DNA of 64,000 nucleotides from contig NC_086097.1 in NCBI RefSeq assembly GCF_963921235.1, forward strand, positions 25,298,001 through 25,362,000, given 5' to 3'. This document shows positions 38,601 through 51,169 of the stretch, piece by piece. How positions within the stretch are numbered: position 1 is the stretch's first letter; each line of letters opens with the position of its first letter. The notes beneath the pieces are model-generated. The model ran no database searches, was not told the origin of the DNA, and saw nothing but the letters and a program-made list of their open reading frames with translations. Both the position numbers and the translations under genes were made by a program. This DNA comes from Mobula hypostoma. Its lineage: Eukaryota.

Positions 38601-38647
38601 CTTGGACTGGACTACAATGGGCCTGTACTATTCTATTGTATGTTCAT

Positions 38648-38783
38648 AAACACAGGAGAGTTTGCACATGCTAGAAATCTAAAGTAACACACACAAAATC
38701 TGGAGGAACTCAGCAGGTCAGGAAGCATCTATGGAGAGGAATAAACAGTCAATGTTTCAGGGCCGAGACCCTTCGCAGGACTG
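38648..38783 (-). mobile_element. Penelope pLTR fragment, degenerate hammerhead
   Basis: Minus strand reads CAGTCCTGCGAAGGGTCTCGGCCCTGAAACATTGACTG. Confidence 0.75.
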
Positions 38784-38974
38784 TTAAAATATTGGGAAGA
38801 AGCCAGAATGTGTCCAATGTTCTATGTCCTGGACACCAAGTGTGTAGTAACATTCATGTCACATGATAAATACATCCAACATAATGTTTAACTACCACCC
38901 TATCATAAAATATCCACTCCATCCATCACCAGTGTGTTATGTCTGAAATGCACGTCAATTAAATTATACCCTGT

Positions 38975-39630
38975 TCACAAGAACGCAAGAAAATAGGAAG
39001 AGGCCACCAAGCCCTTCAAACCTGTCCCATCATTCACTATGATCATGGCTGATCAATGTTGGTCTCAATTCCTCTGTCAGTTCCCCATTACCCTCAATTC
39101 ACCACTCTTTCAAATATTTATCCATCTACCCTTAAATATAGCTAATGAACTGGCCTCCATCACCCCCGGAACAAAGAATTCCAGAGATTGACCACCCTTT
39201 GTGAGAAGAAATTTCAACACACCTCAGTTTTAAATGAACAACCATTCAGGCTATGTTCCCCTGTTTATAACTCTCCAACTGGTAAAAATGTTCTAACATC
39301 TACCTTCAGTACCTGATGAAGGATCTTGGCCGGAAACATCGACTGTTTATTCCCATCCATAGATACTGCCTGACCCGCTGAGTTCCTCCAGCATTTTGTG
39401 GGTTGCTCTTTTACAGTATGCCTGAATAAGGTTACCCCTCATTAGTCTAAACTCCACTGAATACATATCCAAACTGTCTAGCCTCTCTTAGTAGGACAAA
39501 CTTCTCATCACAGGAGTTAGCCTGGTGAATCTACTTTGGACTGCCTCTAATGCCACTATATTTTTTCAAGTAAGGGAACCTAGACTGTACACAGTAGTCC
39601 AACACACTAACACACTGTACAACTGTAACA
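38975..39630 (-). mobile_element. CR1 3' fragment interrupted by a pLTR piece (39307-39410)
   Basis: CR1 3' UTR and QRRFTRL-like coding remnant. Confidence 0.75.
39307..39345 (+). ncRNA. Minimal hammerhead ribozyme variant
   Basis: CAGTAC-CTGATGA-AGGATCTTGGCCG-GAAA-CATC^GACTG. Confidence 0.6.
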
Positions 39631-39957
39631 AAACCTTGCTATTTTTAAAAACCAAAAATCTCCTTTCACATTAAAGACCTAAAGTCTGCTTTCACATTTT
39701 GAAACTTGTATTAATACATTCTGTATTAAGACTCTGCATTCAGACCGATGAGAACTGCTTTTGCAACTTATGAGCTTCCACTTAATATAACCTTTTGCTG
39801 GAGCTTAACTCATTTTTAAAGTTGATGGATACTTTTTTCAGTCCGAGGGTTGTGCGAGTGTGAGAGGAGCTGCCAGCAGGAGTTTTAGATGGGGGTTCGA
39901 TTGTAATTGGAGAGGTCTGGAGAGGTACATAGTTGCACAGGTGACACAGTAATGTAG

Positions 39958-40280
39958 GGATGGCACGGCAGCATGGCGGTTAGCGCAATGCTTTACAGTG
40001 CCTGCTGTAAGATTGGAGTTCAATTCCCTCCACTCTCAGTAAGGAGTTTGTCAGACTTTTCCTGTGACCGCATGGGTTTCCTTTTGGTGCTCTAATTTCA
40101 TCCCACATTCCGAGGATGTATGGTTAGGGTTAGAGAGTTGTGGGCATATTATGTTGACGCTGGACAAGTGGCGACACTTGCAGGTTACATAGCACATTAC
40201 TCACTGATTTAATTTGATGCAAATGACACAATTCACTGTATATTTTGATGTACTTGTACAAACAAAGCTAATCTTAACCT
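39958..40280 (+). mobile_element. tRNA-derived V-SINE
   Basis: GGCACGGCAGCATGGCGGTTAGCG...GAGTTCAATTCC head. Confidence 0.85.
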
Positions 40281-40282
40281 CA

Positions 40283-40670
40283 AAGATCAAAGTGAATTTT
40301 ATTATCAAAATGCATATATGTCACCACATACAACCCTGAGATTCTTTTCTTTTTCCTGCAGGCATACTCAGCAAATCATTTGAATAGTAGCAAGATTAAT
40401 GAAAGATCAGGTAGAGTATAGAAAACAACAAACTGTGCAAATGCAAAAATAAATAGCAATAAATACCAAGAGCACGAAAAAACAAAGATAAAGAGTATTT
40501 AAAGTGAGATCATGGGTTGTGGAAACATCTCAATAGACAAGTGCAATTATCTTCTTTTGCTCAAGAGCCTGATGGTTGAGGGGTAGTAACTGTTCTTGCA
40601 CCTGGTGGTGTGAGTCCTGAGGACTCTGTACCTTCTACCTGATGGCAGCAGTGAGAAGAGAATGACCTGG
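40283..40670 (-). mobile_element. Rex1/Babar 3' end
   Basis: LFSLLPSGRRYRVLRTHTTR.KNSYYP. Confidence 0.8.
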
Positions 40671-41389
40671 ATGTGAGGGGTATGGAGGATTATGATCCGG
40701 GTGCATGTAGATGGGACTGGGCTGAAGACCATAAGACATAGGAACAGAATTAGGCCACTCAGCCATTGAGTCTGCTGTATCATTCCATCATGGCCGATTT
40801 ACTATCCCTCTCAAACCCATTATCGTACCTTTTCCCCATAACCTTTGACCACCCCTCACCTGTTAAAGCAGGCTGGTACGAACTAGATTGGCCAAAGGGT
40901 CTGTTTCTGTGCTGTAATACTCTATGACTCTGTGAAAATCCCATTTGCTATCTTGACAACATGTAAGACCTGCTTGCTAACATTTTATGATTTCATCAGA
41001 CTACTCTATTCGATCTTCCTAAACCCGTAAGTTCGACCAGTTACAAGTGTGTATGAGAACACCATTACATCCAGATTTTACACCCAATTTGTGATTTCTA
41101 ATTTCCCTATTTGCCTTGTCAGAGGAGCCCAGAAAGATTGTACATGTTCAGCACTCCTTGTTACATGGGCTAGTTGCAGTCTTGATACAATCAGATCAAG
41201 AGTGTCTCAGTCTGAAAATCAATACTTTAAATTGGGATTTAATTTACACCCCGAGAGTGCCTCCTACAGAAATATTGTACTTACCTTTAAATCCAGAGAA
41301 CTTATTTGTAATAGAGCAAATTATATACAGAAGCTGAATTCTTCCTTAAATTCTTGAACAGGCTTATACAGCACTTGAGACAGAATTAT

Positions 41390-41622
41390 ATTTTTAGAGA
41401 TACAGCATGGTAACAGGCTCTACTAGCCAACAAGCCTGCGCCACCCAATTACACACGTGACCAGCTAACCTTCAAACCCATACACCTCCGGAACGTGTGA
41501 GGAAACCCGATCACCTGGAGGAAACCCATGCGGTCACAGGGAGAACACACATATTCCGTACAGACAGCAGAGGAATTGAGCCATTGTAACAGCTTTGTGC
41601 TAACCACGATGCTACTATGCCA
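41390..41622 (-). mobile_element. V-SINE variant with CR1-like tail
   Basis: V core plus GGGCTTGTTGGCTAGTAGAGCCTGTTACCATGCTGTATCTC-like tail. Confidence 0.7.
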
Positions 41623-41860
41623 ACCTACATTTCTATAGAAGTTTCCACAGTTCCAGAATATTCAAACATTTTATAGCTAATTATTTTGAACTGTTACAAT
41701 GCAGCCAAGATTTGGAGAGCGAGTTTCCCCAGAAGTGTGTATTGACCATAGAAGTCACAGAGTCATGCTGCTGGGAAATACTTCAAAGTTCAAAGTAAAT
41801 TTACTGTCAATGTAGATATATGTCACTGTATACAACCTTAAGATTCATTGTCATGCAGGC

Positions 41861-42922
41861 TTTCAGCATTCAACAATATAGTTCAATCCAGGCTCGACAG
41901 GAAGCTCAGAGACCTCGGCCTTGACCCTGTCTTGTGTAGCTGGATCCTGGACTTCCTGTCAGATCGCCAGCAGGTGGTAAGAGAGGGCACCCTCACCTCC
42001 AACCATCTACCTCTCTACACAGGAGCCCCTCAGGGCTGTGTACTAAGTCCCCTCCTTTATTCCCCGTGTACCCATGACTGTGCCAATCACAGCTCCAATC
42101 TGCTAATTAAATTTCCCAATGACACTACATTGATTGGCCTAATCTCAAGTAATAATGAGGTGGCGTACAGGGAAGAAGTCATTTCTCTGACACAGTGGTG
42201 TAAAGAAAACAACCTTTCCCCCAATGTTGCAAAAACAAAGGAGCTCGTTGTGGATTACAGGAGGAATGAAAACGGGCTAACTCCTATTGACGTCAATGGA
42301 TCTGGAGTGGAGAGGGTAAACAGCTTTAAGTTCCTTGGCATCCACATCACCGAGGACCTCACGTAGTCTGTACACACCAGCTGTGTGGTAAAAAAGGCAC
42401 AAAGACTGTTGAGGAAGTTTAGTATAGGCCCCCAAATCCTAAGAACTTTCTACAGGGGCACAATTGAGAGCATCCTGACCGGCTGCATCACTGCCTTGTA
42501 TGGGAGTTGTACCTTAATCGCAGGACTCTGCAGAGAGTGGTGCGGACAGCCCAGCGCATCTGTAGTTGTGAACTTTCCATGATTCAGGACATTTACAAAG
42601 ACAGGTGTGAAAAAAGGGCCCGAAGGATCATTGGGAACCAGAGTCACCCCAACCACAATCTATTCCAGCTGCTACCATCCGGGAAACAGTACCACAGCAT
42701 AAAAGCCAGGACCAACAGGCTCCTGGATAGCTTCTTCCACCGGGCCATGAGACTGATTAACTCATGCTGATTTGAGCGTATTTCTATGTTACATTGACTG
42801 TTCTATTTAATGTAAATTATTATAAATTACTATGATTTCACATTGCACATTTAGACGGATAAGTAACGTAAAGGTTTTTACTCCTCATGTACGTGAAGGA
42901 TGTAAGAAATAAGGTCAATTCA
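41861..42922 (+). mobile_element. Rex1/Babar LINE, 5'-truncated RT to 3' tail
   Basis: SAFNNI, WILDFL, TGAPQGCVLSPLLYS and QLLPSGKQY; (CAATT)n tail. Confidence 0.9.
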
Positions 42923-43066
42923 ATTCACAGTAAATACGAGGAACACAATAGAATCAATGAAAGACTGCACCCAACAGGACAGACAGAGAACCAAAGTGCA
43001 AAAGACAACAAACTGTGCAATGCAAATCGTAGGAAAAAATAAAGAAATAATAATAATAATAATAAT

Positions 43067-43830
43067 CATCAGAGTTGGAGACCTCTTCCCAGAAACAGAG
43101 GGGTTCCTTATAGCAATACAGGACCAAGTGGTTAACACAAAACTTTATCGAAATTACTTAATAAAAGACCAACAAATTCAAGATGACAAGTGCAGAAAAT
43201 GCCAAGAGAAACCAGAAAACAATCCAATACATTACAGGAATCTGCAGTAGTTTAACTCAAACTGATTACTTACACAGGCACAATCAAGTAGCAAACATCG
43301 TTCACCAAAATCTTACTTTAAAATACAAACTCATAAAAAACTGCATACCTTGCTGTAAAAACCTGCCTGATCCAGTATTAGAGTCAGAGTTCTACAAATT
43401 ATATTATGACTGATCTATTAATATAGATAGGAAAATCTATAATAACCATCTGTAAGAACAACTTGCAGTACCTAATAGATATTGCCATTCCAAACACACA
43501 TAACATACAGAAATCCGCAAGTGAAAAACACCAAAAATATGCTGAATTAAAAGAGGAAATTGAAAGACTATGGAACATGAACAGGTTATATTGAACATTG
43601 TCCCAATAATAATATCTACAACTGGTATCACCCCAAAGTCACTACACAATAGAATTAAACAATTAGGCCTACATGGCAATATTTATACTGTATAAATCTC
43701 CAGAAAGCCACAATACTAAACACCACTGGAATAGTTCGAAAGTTCCTAGCAATTGAGAAATGGGTGTGCTTAGCTATATCCGTACCTCAGGTTTTACCAG
43801 CCTGAGCTGAGAAAAATAGAAAATATAATA
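43067..43830 (+). mobile_element. R4/Dong-clade non-LTR retrotransposon 3' fragment (CCHC + restriction-like endonuclease)
   Basis: FPETEGFLIAIQDQVVNT, CRKCQEKPE.IQYITGIC, YLHRHNQVANIVH, LIDIAIP, KYAELKEE and LQKATILNT; adjoins (TAA)n. Confidence 0.88.
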
Positions 43831-44721
43831 GATAGACAGATAAACAAGCAAGCAAGCAATAAGGAGAGAACATGAGATGAAGAGTCCTTAAAAGTGAGCC
43901 CATAGGTTGTGGGAACAGTTCAGTGATGGGGTGAATTAAGTTATCACTTCTGGTTTAAGAGCCTGATGGTTGATTGGTAATAACTGTTCCTGAACCTGCT
44001 GGTGTGGGTCCTGAGGCTCCTGTACCTCTTTCCTGATGGCAGCAGTGATGTAACCATTCAATATATTCTCCACTACTCATCTACAGAAATTTGTACAGAA
44101 TCTACAGAAATTTCCTAAAGTAGAGGTACTGCCATGCTTTCTTCGTAATGGTATTTACGCACAAGACCAAGGCCACATCCTCTGAACTGATCACACTGAG
44201 GAATTTAAAGTTGATGACTCTCTCCATCTCTGATCCCCTAATGAAGACTGGCTCATTAACCTCTAGTTTCCTTCTCATGAAGTCAATAATCACCTCCTTG
44301 GTCTTGCTGACACTGAGTAAGAACTTGTTGTTGTGCCAACCACTCAGCCTGATTTTCGATCTCCCTCCTATACGGTAATTCATCACCACCTATAACTCAG
44401 CTAACAGTGGTGTCGTCAGCAAACATAAATGTGGAATTGGAGCTGTGCTAACCTCACAGTCATAAGTATAAAGTAAGTAAAGCAGGGGGTTAAGCACACA
44501 GCCTGCAGTGCACCTGTGCTGATAGAGTTTGTGGAGGAGATATTGTTACCAATCCCAGCTGTCTGGGGTCTGCAAGTGAGGAAATCAAGGATCTAGTTGC
44601 ACAAGGAGGTATTGAAGCCTAGGTGTTGAAGCTTATTGATTAATTTTGAGGGGATGATAGTATTGAATGCCAAGCTGTAGTCAATGAAGAGCATCTTGAT
44701 GTATGCTTCTTCACTGTCAGT

Positions 44722-44985
44722 TTTTTTCTTACTTATTGAGACACAGCGCGGAATAGGCCCTTCCAGGCACCCCATCCACCAACTTCAATTTAACCCTACC
44801 TTAATCACGAGACAATTGACAGTGACCAATTGGCCTATCAAATGAAATGTCTTTGGAACATGGGAGGAAACCCATGTGATCATGGAAAGAATGTCCAAAC
44901 TCCTTACAAACAGCAGCAGGTATTAAACCCTGCTGGATGGTACTGTAAAGCATTGTGCTAAGCACTACACTACCTTGCTGCCTCA
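44722..44985 (-). mobile_element. V-SINE variant inserted in Rex1 RT
   Basis: tRNA-like head GGCAGCAAGGTAGTGTAGTGCTTAGC and V core. Confidence 0.75.
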
Positions 44986-45485
44986 GGGTTGAGTGAAGAA
45001 CCAATGAAATGGCATCTGCAGTTGACCTATTACCTAGTAGGCAAATTGGAGTGGATCCAAGTCACTTCTCAGGCAGGAGTTGACACGTTTCATCAACTAG
45101 CTCTCAAAACACTTCATCACTGTGATGTAAGTGCTACTGGATGATAGTTATTGAGGCAAGTTACCATGTTCTTCTTAGGTACTGGTATAATTGAAACCTG
45201 CTTGAAACAGGTGAGTACCTCAGAGTGTCGATGCGGGAGGTTAAAGGTAACAGTGAACACTCCAGCCAGATGATCAGCACAGGTCTTTAGTCCTCAGCCA
45301 TCTACACTATCTGAGCTAGATGCTTTCTGTAGGTTCACCCTCCTGAGGGATGCTTTCACATCAGCCCCAGAAACTGAAATCACAGGGTCATGAGGAGTTC
45401 TGGACGCCTCCATGTTTTGACAGTCAAAGCGATCATAAAATAGTTTAAGTTCACCTGGTAGCAAAGTCTTGTTGTCACCTATGTT

Positions 45486-45648
45486 CAAGCAACACACATA
45501 AAAGTTGCTGGCGAATGCAGCAGGCCAGGCAGCATCTCTAGGAAGAGGTACAGTCGATGTTTCGGGCCGAGACCCTTTGTCAGGACTAACTGAAAGAAGA
45601 GCTAGTAAGAGATTATCGCAAGATCTTCCATCTGCAGATTTGTCAAGC
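45486..45648 (-). mobile_element. Penelope-derived insertion with 12-bp TSD and mutated hammerhead
   Basis: GTCACCT(A/G)TGTT at 45474-85 and 45649-60; AGTC-CTGACAA-AGGG-TCTCGG-CCC-GAAACATC-GACTG. Confidence 0.85.
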
Positions 45649-46659
45649 GTCACCTGTGTTGCTTGGTTTCACTTTGTAGGAGCTGATAGCATTCAAGCCC
45701 TGCCTCAGCTGTCGAGCATCCTTCAGTGATTCAAATGTGGTTCAGAATTGCCACTTTGCATATGAGATAGCTTTCCGGAGAACGTACCTGGATCTCTTAT
45801 ATTTAGCTTAGTTACCAGACCTGAACACCACTGATCTGGCACTCAGCAAAATCTGGATCTCTTGGTTCACCCAGGGCCTCTGGCTGGGATTTTGTGGAGA
45901 CATGTTCACTTACTACTGTTTATATAAACTCCATGACAACCATGGTGTATTCATTCAGATCCTCTGATGAGTCTGTGAACAAGGCCAGTCCACCAACTCG
46001 AAGCAATCCCATAGCCGCTCCTCTGGCTCCTGCAACCATCTCTACGATGTCTTTACTTCAGGGGTCTTGCCCTTTAGCCTCTCCCTGTATGCAGGTAGGA
46101 GGAGGACATGATCAGATTTCCCAAAACGCGGTCAAGGAATTGGCAGCACAGCAGTGGTCGTGTGTTGGGAACCCTGGTGCTGCAGGTGATATGCTGATGA
46201 TAATTGGGCAGAGACTTTTTCAAACAAGCCTGATTAAAGTCCCCAACAATGATCTGAAAGGTATTGGAGTAGGCTGTTTCTTGTTTGCTGATGACTCCAC
46301 TCAGTACCTCGAGTGCCTGCTTAACACTGGCCTTTTGTGGTATGTAAACTGTGGTCAGGATCATGAAGGAGAACTGTCTTGGAATATAGTACAGTATGCA
46401 CTTAATCAGTAGATGTTCCAGGTCAAGGGAACAAGAGGACAATGGGGTGGTCGCATCCAAGCACCACAAAGAATTTATCATGAAACACAAACCCTCACCT
46501 TTTGCCTTCACCGAATCAGCAGTCCAGTCCATCTAGTGTATCAAGAAGCCATCTGGTCGTACCAAAGTATCTGGCATGTCATAGGCAATCATTCATTTCC
46601 CTCCGAAACAGCAATTTTGCCCTTAGATCCTCAATCTTGTTCTCCAGAGACTGTACATT

Positions 46660-48478
46660 TAGAAACATAGAAAATAGGTGCAGGAGTAGGCCATTCGGCC
46701 CTTCGAGCCTGCACCGCCATTTATTATGATCATGGCTGATCATCCAACTAAGAACCCCGCCCCAGCCTTCCCTCCATACCCCCTGACCCCTGTAGCCACA
46801 AGGGCCATATCTAACTCCCTCTTAAACATAGCCAATGAACTGGCCTCAACAGTTTCCTGTGGCAGAGAATTCCACAGATTCACCACTCTCTGTGTGAAGA
46901 AGTTTTTCCTAATCTCGGTCCTAAAAGGCTTCCCCTCTATCCTCAAACTGTGACCCCTCGTTCTGGACTTCCCCAACATCGGGAACAATCTTCCTGCATC
47001 TTGCCTGTCCAATCCCTTTAGGATCTTATACGTTTCAATCAGATCCCCCCTCAATCTTCTAAATTCCAACGAGTACAAGCCCAGTTCATCCAGTCTTTCT
47101 TCATATGAAAGTCCTGCCATCCCAGGAATCAATCTGGTGAACCTTCTTTGTACTCCCTCTATGGCAAAGATGTCTTTCCTCAGATTAGGGGACCAAAACT
47201 GCACACAATACTCCAGGTGTGGTCTCACCAAGGCCTTGTACAACTGCAGTAGTACCTCCCTGCTCCTGTACTCGAATCCTCTCGCTATAAATGCCAGCAT
47301 ACCATTCGCCTTTTTCACCGCCTGCTGTACCTGCATGCCCACTTTCAATGACTGGTGTATAATGACACCCAGGTCTCATTGCACCTCCCCTTTTCCTAAT
47401 CGGCCACCATTCAGATAATAATCTGTTTTCCTATTTTTGCCACCAAAGTGGATAACTTCACATTTATCCACATTAAATTGCATCTGCCATGAGTTTGCCC
47501 ACTCACCCAACCTATCCAAGTCACCCTGCATCCTCTTAGCATCCTCCTCACTGCTAACACTGCACCCAGCTTCATGTCATCCGCAAACTTGGAGATGCTG
47601 CATTTAATTCCCTCATCCAAGTCATTAATATATATTGTAAACAACAGGGGTCCCAGCACTGAGCCTTGCGGTACCCCACTAGTCACCGCCTGCCAGTCTG
47701 AAAAGGTCCCGTTTATTCCCACTCTTTGCTTCCTGTCTGCTAACCAATTCTCCAACCACACCAATACCTTACCCCCAATACCGTGTGCTTTAAGTTTGCA
47801 CACTAATCTCCTGTGTGGGACCTTGTCAAAAGCCTTTTGAAAATCCAAATATACCACATCCACTGGTTCTTCCCTATCCACTCTACTAGTTACATCCTCA
47901 AAAAATTCTATGAGATTCGTCAGACATGATTTTCCTTTCACAAATCCATGCTGACTTTGTCTGATCATTTCACCGCTTTCCAAATGTGCTGTTATCACAT
48001 CCTTGATAACTGACTCCAGCAGTTTCCCCACCACCAACGTTAGGCTAACCGGTCTGTAATTCCCCGGTTTCTCTCTCCCTCCTTTTTTAAAAAGTGGGGT
48101 TACATTAGCCACCCTCCAATCCTGAGGAACTAGTCCAGAATCTAACAAGTTTTGAAAAATTATCACTAATGCATCCACTATTTCTTGGGCTACTTCCTTA
48201 AGCACTCTGGGATGCAGACCATCTGGCCCTGGGGATTTATCTGCCTTCAATCCCTTCAATTTACCTAACACCACTTCCCTACTAACATGTATTTCACTCA
48301 GTTCCTCCATCTCACTGGACCCTCTGTCCCTTACTATTTCTGGAAGATTATTTATGTCCTCCTTAGTGAAGACAGAACCAAAGTAATTATTCAATTGGTC
48401 TGCCATGTCCTTGCTCCCCATAATCAATTCACCTGTTTCTGTCTGCAGGGGACCTACATTTGTCTTTACCAGTCTTTT
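46660..48478 (-). mobile_element. Young CR1 LINE, 5'-truncated RT + 3' UTR
   Basis: 338-aa and 202-aa ORFs with one frameshift; nearly identical to 389-2290. Confidence 0.95.
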
Positions 48479-48857
48479 CCAGAAGTTTCATATCCCTGTG
48501 TTTTATTCTGGCTTGAAGTCCTCCCCTCCGCTCTCTCTTCCGGCTGTGGTGATGTGCCTTCACCTGCTTCAGGGTGCCGTACCTGTATTCCTGAGAATCA
48601 AGTCTACTGAGTCCTTCAGAAGACTGTGAAACTGTTAGTTTGTTAAGCCGGTTTAAAAGTACATTACTTAGAGGGAAAATACAGGCCGCAGATTGCAGCA
48701 ATAGTAGTTTAGAAGTATAATTAAAAGTTTTGTGTGCAGCCTGCAAAACATTTGTCACCAGCGCCATCTTGCTCCACCAAACAGCCATATACACCCGGAG
48801 CTGTTTTTGATTTTCCCCAATTGATATCTCGGTGCCATCAAATGTGGTAGGAATATT

Positions 48858-49060
48858 AAAGTTGCTGGTGAACGCAGCAGGCCAGGCAGCATCTCTAGGA
48901 AGAGGTACAGTCAATGTTTCGGGCCAAGACCCTTCGTCAGGACCTGACCCGAAACATCTACTGTACCGCTTCCTAGAGATGCTGCCTGGCCTGCTGCGTT
49001 CACCAGCAACTTTTATGTGTGTTGCTTGAAATTCCAGCATCTGCAGATTTCCTCGTGTTT
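48858..49060. mobile_element. Penelope-derived fold-back element with central hammerhead
   Basis: ~66-bp arms at 48858-48923 and 48948-49013; minus strand reads GTC-CTGACGA-AGGG-TCTTGG-CCC-GAAACATT-GACTG. Confidence 0.9.
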
Positions 49061-49079
49061 GATAGATATATTGGTCAGT

Positions 49080-49670
49080 TTCTGTAGATCCTGGAAATAC
49101 TGAACAACAGATGCAAAATACTGGAGGAATTCAGTAAGTCAGGTAGCATTTATGGAAATGAGTAAACAGTCAATGTTTTAGGGACCCTTCATCAGGACTG
49201 GAAAGGGAAAGGGAGAAGGCAGTGGGGCTGCAGGGAGTAGAAAGAGGGATAGATGGCAGAAGATAGCTAAGACTGGTTGAAGGGGGAAGGTGCATGGGTG
49301 GGGGAAAGGGGGGTGAAGTGAGAAGCTAGACGGTGATAAGTGGAAGAGGTAGAGAGCTGAACAAGAAAGAATATGATAGGAGAGGATAGTGGACCATGGG
49401 AGAAATAGAAAATGGAGAGGAATCAGAGGAAGCTGATGGACAGGTGAGGAGAAGAGAAGGGATGAGAAGGTGGGGAATGGAAAAAGTAGGGGATAAGACA
49501 AGAGAAATTACCTGAAGTTAGAGAAATTAATGTTCATGCCACCAGGTTGGAGGCTACCCAGATAGAATATGCAGTTTTGGTCCTTCAATCTGAGTAATGC
49601 CTGACCATGGTAAAGTTGAACTGAAATGGGGCGGACCAAGCAAAAGGATACTTGATGAAGCAGTCCCCCC
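49080..49670 (-). mobile_element. Penelope-like 3' fragment
   Basis: LGSLQPGGMNINFSNFR C-terminus at ~49510-49565; pLTR with truncated hammerhead at 49170-49200. Confidence 0.8.
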
Positions 49671-51169
49671 AGTCTTAGGATGTGATCTACACATTCATGC
49701 CAACCTGAATGAGCAATGTCCTCATTTAATAGAGAGGCTAATCATTGCATCATCTGACCTAATTTAATCCAGAGCCTATCAAAGCATCATCATTCACTTC
49801 TCCTGCTCCTCTTAAAATATACACACACACAAGGATGCTAACCATATTTTAACTGACAACAGAATTGATTTTTTAATCAAAAAAAAAACAACTGCAGACA
49901 TTAAAACTCTGAAGCCAAGGGCTGAAAACATTGCAGGTACTCAGAGAGTCAGCCAGAATCGTGGATGGAATTGACAGACTTGTGCACAAGCATTTCACAT
50001 ACACTGAGCAAACTGCTGAGTTTATCAAGAATTTTGTTCACTCTTTCTTGTGTTTGGTGATTGAGACAGATGGTGGAGGCATGTAAAAAGTCAATAATTG
50101 TCTGATTTTGTGATTCAGCTTTAATTATTTGCACAAGGTTAAACAACTGACAAAGCCAAAAATAGCAATTACAAGTACCACACTCACTTCAACACAGCCC
50201 ACAATGATTACTCTACATTTCCTTAAAATCTCAATTAGTAAAAACAACCAGATAATCAGTTTAAAGCAAACCACATTGTTCTGCTTAAGATGGAACAAAT
50301 TACATAGACTACAAGGTACCTCAGCATTGCACACTGTTCAGTAGAACAATCATGTCTAGTATTTCACAATATTCCCATCAGAATATTTAAATTTCCTTAT
50401 ACCTAGTGCCTATTTCCATCAAATAGGTCTCTCTCTTTCTCTCAATCCAACCGCTACAAAGGTCCCCCAGCTAATTCCCTTTGCTTGCTTCTGTGCGCAA
50501 TTGCTCTAATTTTACTTGCTCCATCCCAAAATTCAAAGTTCAAAGTCAACTTATTATCAAAATACATACTGTATATGTTACCATATACAACCCTGAGATT
50601 CATTTTCTTACAGGCATTTACAGGAAAATAAAAAATACAACAGAATTTCAGAATAAAACTATGCATAACCTATGACTCACAAGCAGCTAATGTTAAAAAG
50701 AAATATTGTATAAATAAAAAAAATACTGAAAGTAATACCGCATATTATAGCAGCAACACACACCTGTCCCTTCATAATAAATATAATTGGTAAACTCAAA
50801 TTTCTGGTCATATTATAAAGAGGATTTAGAGATGGAGGGGAAGGTGTGGAAAAGGCTGCCTAGGATGGTAAACACCAATGAAAAGTTACGTCTGTCAGAA
50901 CAGCTCCAGTAAGCTAGGGATCTCTTCCACTGGAAGAAGACTGAAGGTGATCTGATAGCGATTTAACATTATGAAAGGAATCGATAGCACAGATGTAGAG
51001 ATCTTTCCTTTTGTAGGGCAGACAAAAGCCATGAATAAATGATAAATTTATAAACAACTGTAATAACTTATTTGGTCAAATGCTCTGTTTCTTTGTTGTA
51101 AATACTTTCAGACACTTTGTCACCTCAATGTAAAAGTTCATATCTTAAATTAGATTATATTACATTAGA

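Larger units (their letters stand above)
41783..48780 (-). mobile_element. Near full-length Rex1/Babar LINE fragmented by nested insertions
   Basis: 5' CAAGATGGCG at ~48770; RRGGLQARIK...NVQSLENK; VYIP..IVGDFNQ; MLFIDYSLAFNTIIP; LSVSKTKE..DF; tail pieces at 42923-43066 and 41783-41860. Confidence 0.8.

Noticed and set aside
39958..40030. tRNA gene
   Set aside because: The A/B-box-like head runs directly into the SINE core; there is no complete cloverleaf or terminator.
48429..49040. 203-aa ORF
   Set aside because: It is a chance read-through across a Penelope fold-back, spacer DNA, a Rex1 5' end and CR1, so it is not a coherent protein.
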